DNA of 64,000 nucleotides, taken from assembly GCA_964016885.1 (NCBI GenBank), contig OZ024740.1, positions 439,084,001 to 439,148,000 on the forward strand, read 5' to 3'. The notes under the pieces were generated by a model. That model saw only the letters and a program-made list of their open reading frames with translations. It did not search any database and had not been told where the DNA came from. Shown here piece by piece: positions 60,999-64,000 of this stretch. Source of the stretch: Eledone cirrhosa. Taxonomy: Eukaryota. Numbering within the stretch: the stretch's first letter is position 1; each line of letters begins with the position of its first letter. The position numbers were made by a program, and so were the translations under genes.

Positions 60999-63998
60999 TT
61001 ATACTTCTCTTAGGTCAGTGTTGTTTGTTTGGGTGTTGTTGTTGTTCCACTCATTCTTTCTGTTTAGCTTTGGTCTTCTAATTTCTATTTCACTGGCCTC
61101 TCTGATTTGCCTATCTGCTGGGTCATTCCTATGTTTAGATATTATTCTAATTTCTATGTTGTCTATGTTACCGTCATGATGTTGTCTAGCATGTTCGTAT
61201 AGTACTGACCCGTTTTTTCGTCCTTTTAGTTCCCCCCAGTGTTGGTCTATCCTTTCACCTATGCTACGAGCTGTCTCACCTATGTATGTTGTCGTCGTGT
61301 TTCTGCAAGTACCCTCTGTACATCTTATGCTATAGACTACGTTTCTAGTTTTACAGTTTATCCGGGGGTTCACCTTACATATGATACATTTCCTATTGGT
61401 ACAGTGGGTTTTCTTAAAAGGGTAGGTTTTGCTGATCAGGGATTTTATGGTGGTTCCTGGCTTTTCTACCACCTTTATTTTTAAGTGGGTCTTTCTCAGG
61501 GCCTTTCTACACTGGTTAGCTAATTTCCCTCCAGGGGTGGCGTCCACAAACATGACACTCTGATATCTCTGGTTGTCGTACCATGATGTGGCCTTCCCTA
61601 TCTTATGTCTAGCCCTATCTAAGCTATTCCATGATTTGCTCCTGTATAGTGGGCAAATTCCTTTCATGTCCAGTTCTATGAGGGTCTTATACTTTTCCAT
61701 GGCTCCTTCGTATACTCTGACTCTGTCTCTTTGGTTGTAGCCAGAGAACTGCATGCGGTTGATGAAGTGTTGGATGTGTCCTTCCATTTCTGTTGGGTCG
61801 CACATGCTGGACACATTCTTCATCACTCGTACCAAATCTGCGATCAGAATATTAAACTTAGCACTACTGGACATTGCTGAGTTTTTGAGTATCAGGTATT
61901 TGGAGGCCATGGGTTTAGCATAGTGTGAGTGGAGAATTTGGGCTCTCTCGTCTATAGTGTTAATCCAGAGTTCTGTGTCTAATACAGGTAGTCTATTGTT
62001 AGGGTGTTTGGAAGGGAAGTCTATAGTTACAGTTATACTCTGGTGTATGGAATTAGCTATCTGCTGGATGCTTTCCATCGTGCTACGTTCTAAATCAAAC
62101 TTGTTAGTGCTGTCTAGTGGGGGTGTTCTTATAACTATATTGATATCGTCTACATAACGAGAGTACATGATGAGGTCTATGGAGCTTTCATTAAGGAGAT
62201 CTTTAAGTCTCCTTTCCCACCATACCATGAAAAGGTTGGCAACATCGCCAGCTATGCTGACGCCGATGGCTGCTCCCTCATTTTGGGTGTAGATTTTCTC
62301 ATTGAACTTAAATATGTGGCCCTTTAGGGTAGTTTTGATACTAGCCCCTATTGCATGTGCGACCATTTTTCTTACCTGATCAGTGTTTTGGGGGGTCCGT
62401 ATAGCTTTGGTCCACCCAATCCACCTTCCTATGGGAGTCTTTTTAGCCATTGAGGTTATGGTGGGGGGTCTACCTCTTATAGGTCTACTAGGGCAGAAAC
62501 ATCTAAGGTCATGGCTGTCTAGGTAGTCAGTGTCGTAGGTAAGTCTAAGTAGGAGGCCCAGTTCGTCTGTGTCGACGTCGCAGAACTCCACCTCACTCTC
62601 AATGATCATCTCCACACATCTTTTCACAGCAAAATCAATGTTAATGGATGGGTACAGTGACACCACATCCATGCTGCCTATTATGCAGTTGGATAGGCTC
62701 CTGTTTTTGTTGCACTCACTGATTCTGCTGAGGAGGTCCTCTGTACTTTCACATACATCTGGGGACATCTTGATTATGGGGCGTATAACCATTGAGAGGA
62801 AGTAGGAGATCCTGTAGTTGCTAGCTATATTAGCTCCGCATACAGGTCTTGTTGGTGGTCCTATTGTCGGGTCGTCGACTGTCTTGTGGTCTTTGCGGAG
62901 CCCATACAAGGGTGGTATGCCATTGTTAGACGCCTGGAAGTTGTTGGCAGTGCGTCTGCTTGGCTTTAGGATGTCAGTCCACATCATCATGTGAGCGTTG
63001 AGGATTTTTTCTCTCCCATCGTGTGTTAGTTGTGCAACTTCGCTCGTGTTGGTGATGTGGGGTTGCATTGCCTCGATGTAGTTCGGCATGCTATCTATTG
63101 ACATCCTACCAGACTTATCTGTGGGTAGACACACTACCTCACCATCCCTTGTGCGCTGCTTGAGGCTAACCAAGCCTTCTACAGGTTTTATCCCAAGTTG
63201 TTGGGCCTCTGGTCTGCTCTGTCTCATAGTGTACCTGTCTACTACTTGTCTAATCTTATTTCTAGCTATGGTGAACTGTGCCTCCGTCTCGTCATCTATT
63301 TGTTGTGGTATGCAAACTCTTTTATTAAAGGGTAACCTCGTAGGATAGATATTACCCATCTTATATGTTTTGTCAGCTGGGTTGAAAAATAGTTTCTCTA
63401 AGGGGTTGTCGTTATTTCTATCGTCATAGTTGTGTGTGTTGCTATTATTGTTATCATGGTGGTTGTTGTTGTTTCTATCCTTAGCATTAATATTATTATT
63501 GTTATGATTGCTAGATGTATTGTTGTTTACTTCACCGTTATTGTTGTTGTTACTGCTATTTCTACCATTGTGGTTGTTACTATTATTATGTTTCTTGTTT
63601 TTGTTGATGTTGCTACATGTACTATTTCCATTATTACCACTGTGGTTATTGTTGTTGTTGTTGTTCGTATTGTTACCGTTATTACTACTGTGGTCACTGT
63701 TGCTGTGTCTGTGGTTAACGTTTCTATTATTATTATTATTGTGGTTGTTGTTGTTCTGTCTATCGCTAGTATTATTACCATTATCACTATTTCTCACTTT
63801 CCTGCCATTGTTATGGTTATGGCTGTTATTTCTATACCCAGAGTTATTGTTTATATTACTACTACCGTTATTATTGTTGTTGTTGTTTACCTTTGCATTC
63901 CAACGTATTTTTGTGAAACACTTTTCCAGCTCCGTTTTGCATTCCATAGGATTAATTTTTTTGTAGATGGCAAATTTTGGTGGTAACTTTAGGATTTG
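60999..63998 (-). CDS. Penelope-like element ORF (RT + Cys linker + GIY-YIG), uninterrupted and open to the window edge
   Basis: The frame stays open upstream of 63947 (QILKLPPKFA). Motifs: PTDKSG, LYGLRKDHK, MDVVSLYPS, RYVDD, HCTNRKCIIC, VVYSIRC..YIGET. Confidence 0.92.
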   Translation of the reverse strand, partial: QILKLPPKFAIYKKINPMECKTELEKCFTKIRWNAKVNNNNNNNGSSNINNNSGYRNNSHNHNNGRKVRNSDNGNNTSDRQNNNNHNNNNNRNVNHRHSNSDHSSNNGNNTNNNNNNNHSGNNGNSTCSNINKNKKHNNSNNHNGRNSSNNNNNGEVNNNTSSNHNNNNINAKDRNNNNHHDNNNSNTHNYDDRNNDNPLEKLFFNPADKTYKMGNIYPTRLPFNKRVCIPQQIDDETEAQFTIARNKIRQVVDRYTMRQSRPEAQQLGIKPVEGLVSLKQRTRDGEVVCLPTDKSGRMSIDSMPNYIEAMQPHITNTSEVAQLTHDGREKILNAHMMMWTDILKPSRRTANNFQASNNGIPPLYGLRKDHKTVDDPTIGPPTRPVCGANIASNYRISYFLSMVIRPIIKMSPDVCESTEDLLSRISECNKNRSLSNCIIGSMDVVSLYPSINIDFAVKRCVEMIIESEVEFCDVDTDELGLLLRLTYDTDYLDSHDLRCFCPSRPIRGRPPTITSMAKKTPIGRWIGWTKAIRTPQNTDQVRKMVAHAIGASIKTTLKGHIFKFNEKIYTQNEGAAIGVSIAGDVANLFMVWWERRLKDLLNESSIDLIMYSRYVDDINIVIRTPPLDSTNKFDLERSTMESIQQIANSIHQSITVTIDFPSKHPNNRLPVLDTELWINTIDERAQILHSHYAKPMASKYLILKNSAMSSSAKFNILIADLVRVMKNVSSMCDPTEMEGHIQHFINRMQFSGYNQRDRVRVYEGAMEKYKTLIELDMKGICPLYRSKSWNSLDRARHKIGKATSWYDNQRYQSVMFVDATPGGKLANQCRKALRKTHLKIKVVEKPGTTIKSLISKTYPFKKTHCTNRKCIICKVNPRINCKTRNVVYSIRCTEGTCRNTTTTYIGETARSIGERIDQHWGELKGRKNGSVLYEHARQHHDGNIDNIEIRIISKHRNDPADRQIREASEIEIRRPKLNRKNEWNNNNTQTNNTDLREV

Positions 63999-64000
63999 TT

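Overview
Eukaryotic, repeat-dense DNA with no recognisable host gene. The SINE fragments and microsatellite load suggest a cephalopod/mollusc, but this is inference only. Bases 1-31 kb are an uninterrupted array of eight non-LTR retrotransposons, each separated from the next only by a (TTA)n tract. Five are R4/Dong-type elements (RT + CCHC + restriction-like endonuclease), all on the minus strand. Three are Tx1/L1-type elements (ORF1 zinc knuckle; APE-RT ORF2), all on the plus strand, and two of these are intact. The R4-type elements share a long 5' leader with a conserved splice donor and, in two copies, a matching acceptor. Bases 31-64 kb are a (TA)n/(CA)n microsatellite field packed with Penelope-like elements (RT + GIY-YIG), short fold-back inverted repeats and about a dozen unrelated minimal type I hammerhead ribozyme motifs. 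This half also holds a non-coding ~650 bp tandem repeat with a hammerhead in each complete unit (retrozyme-like). All alignments and RNA folds were done by eye.
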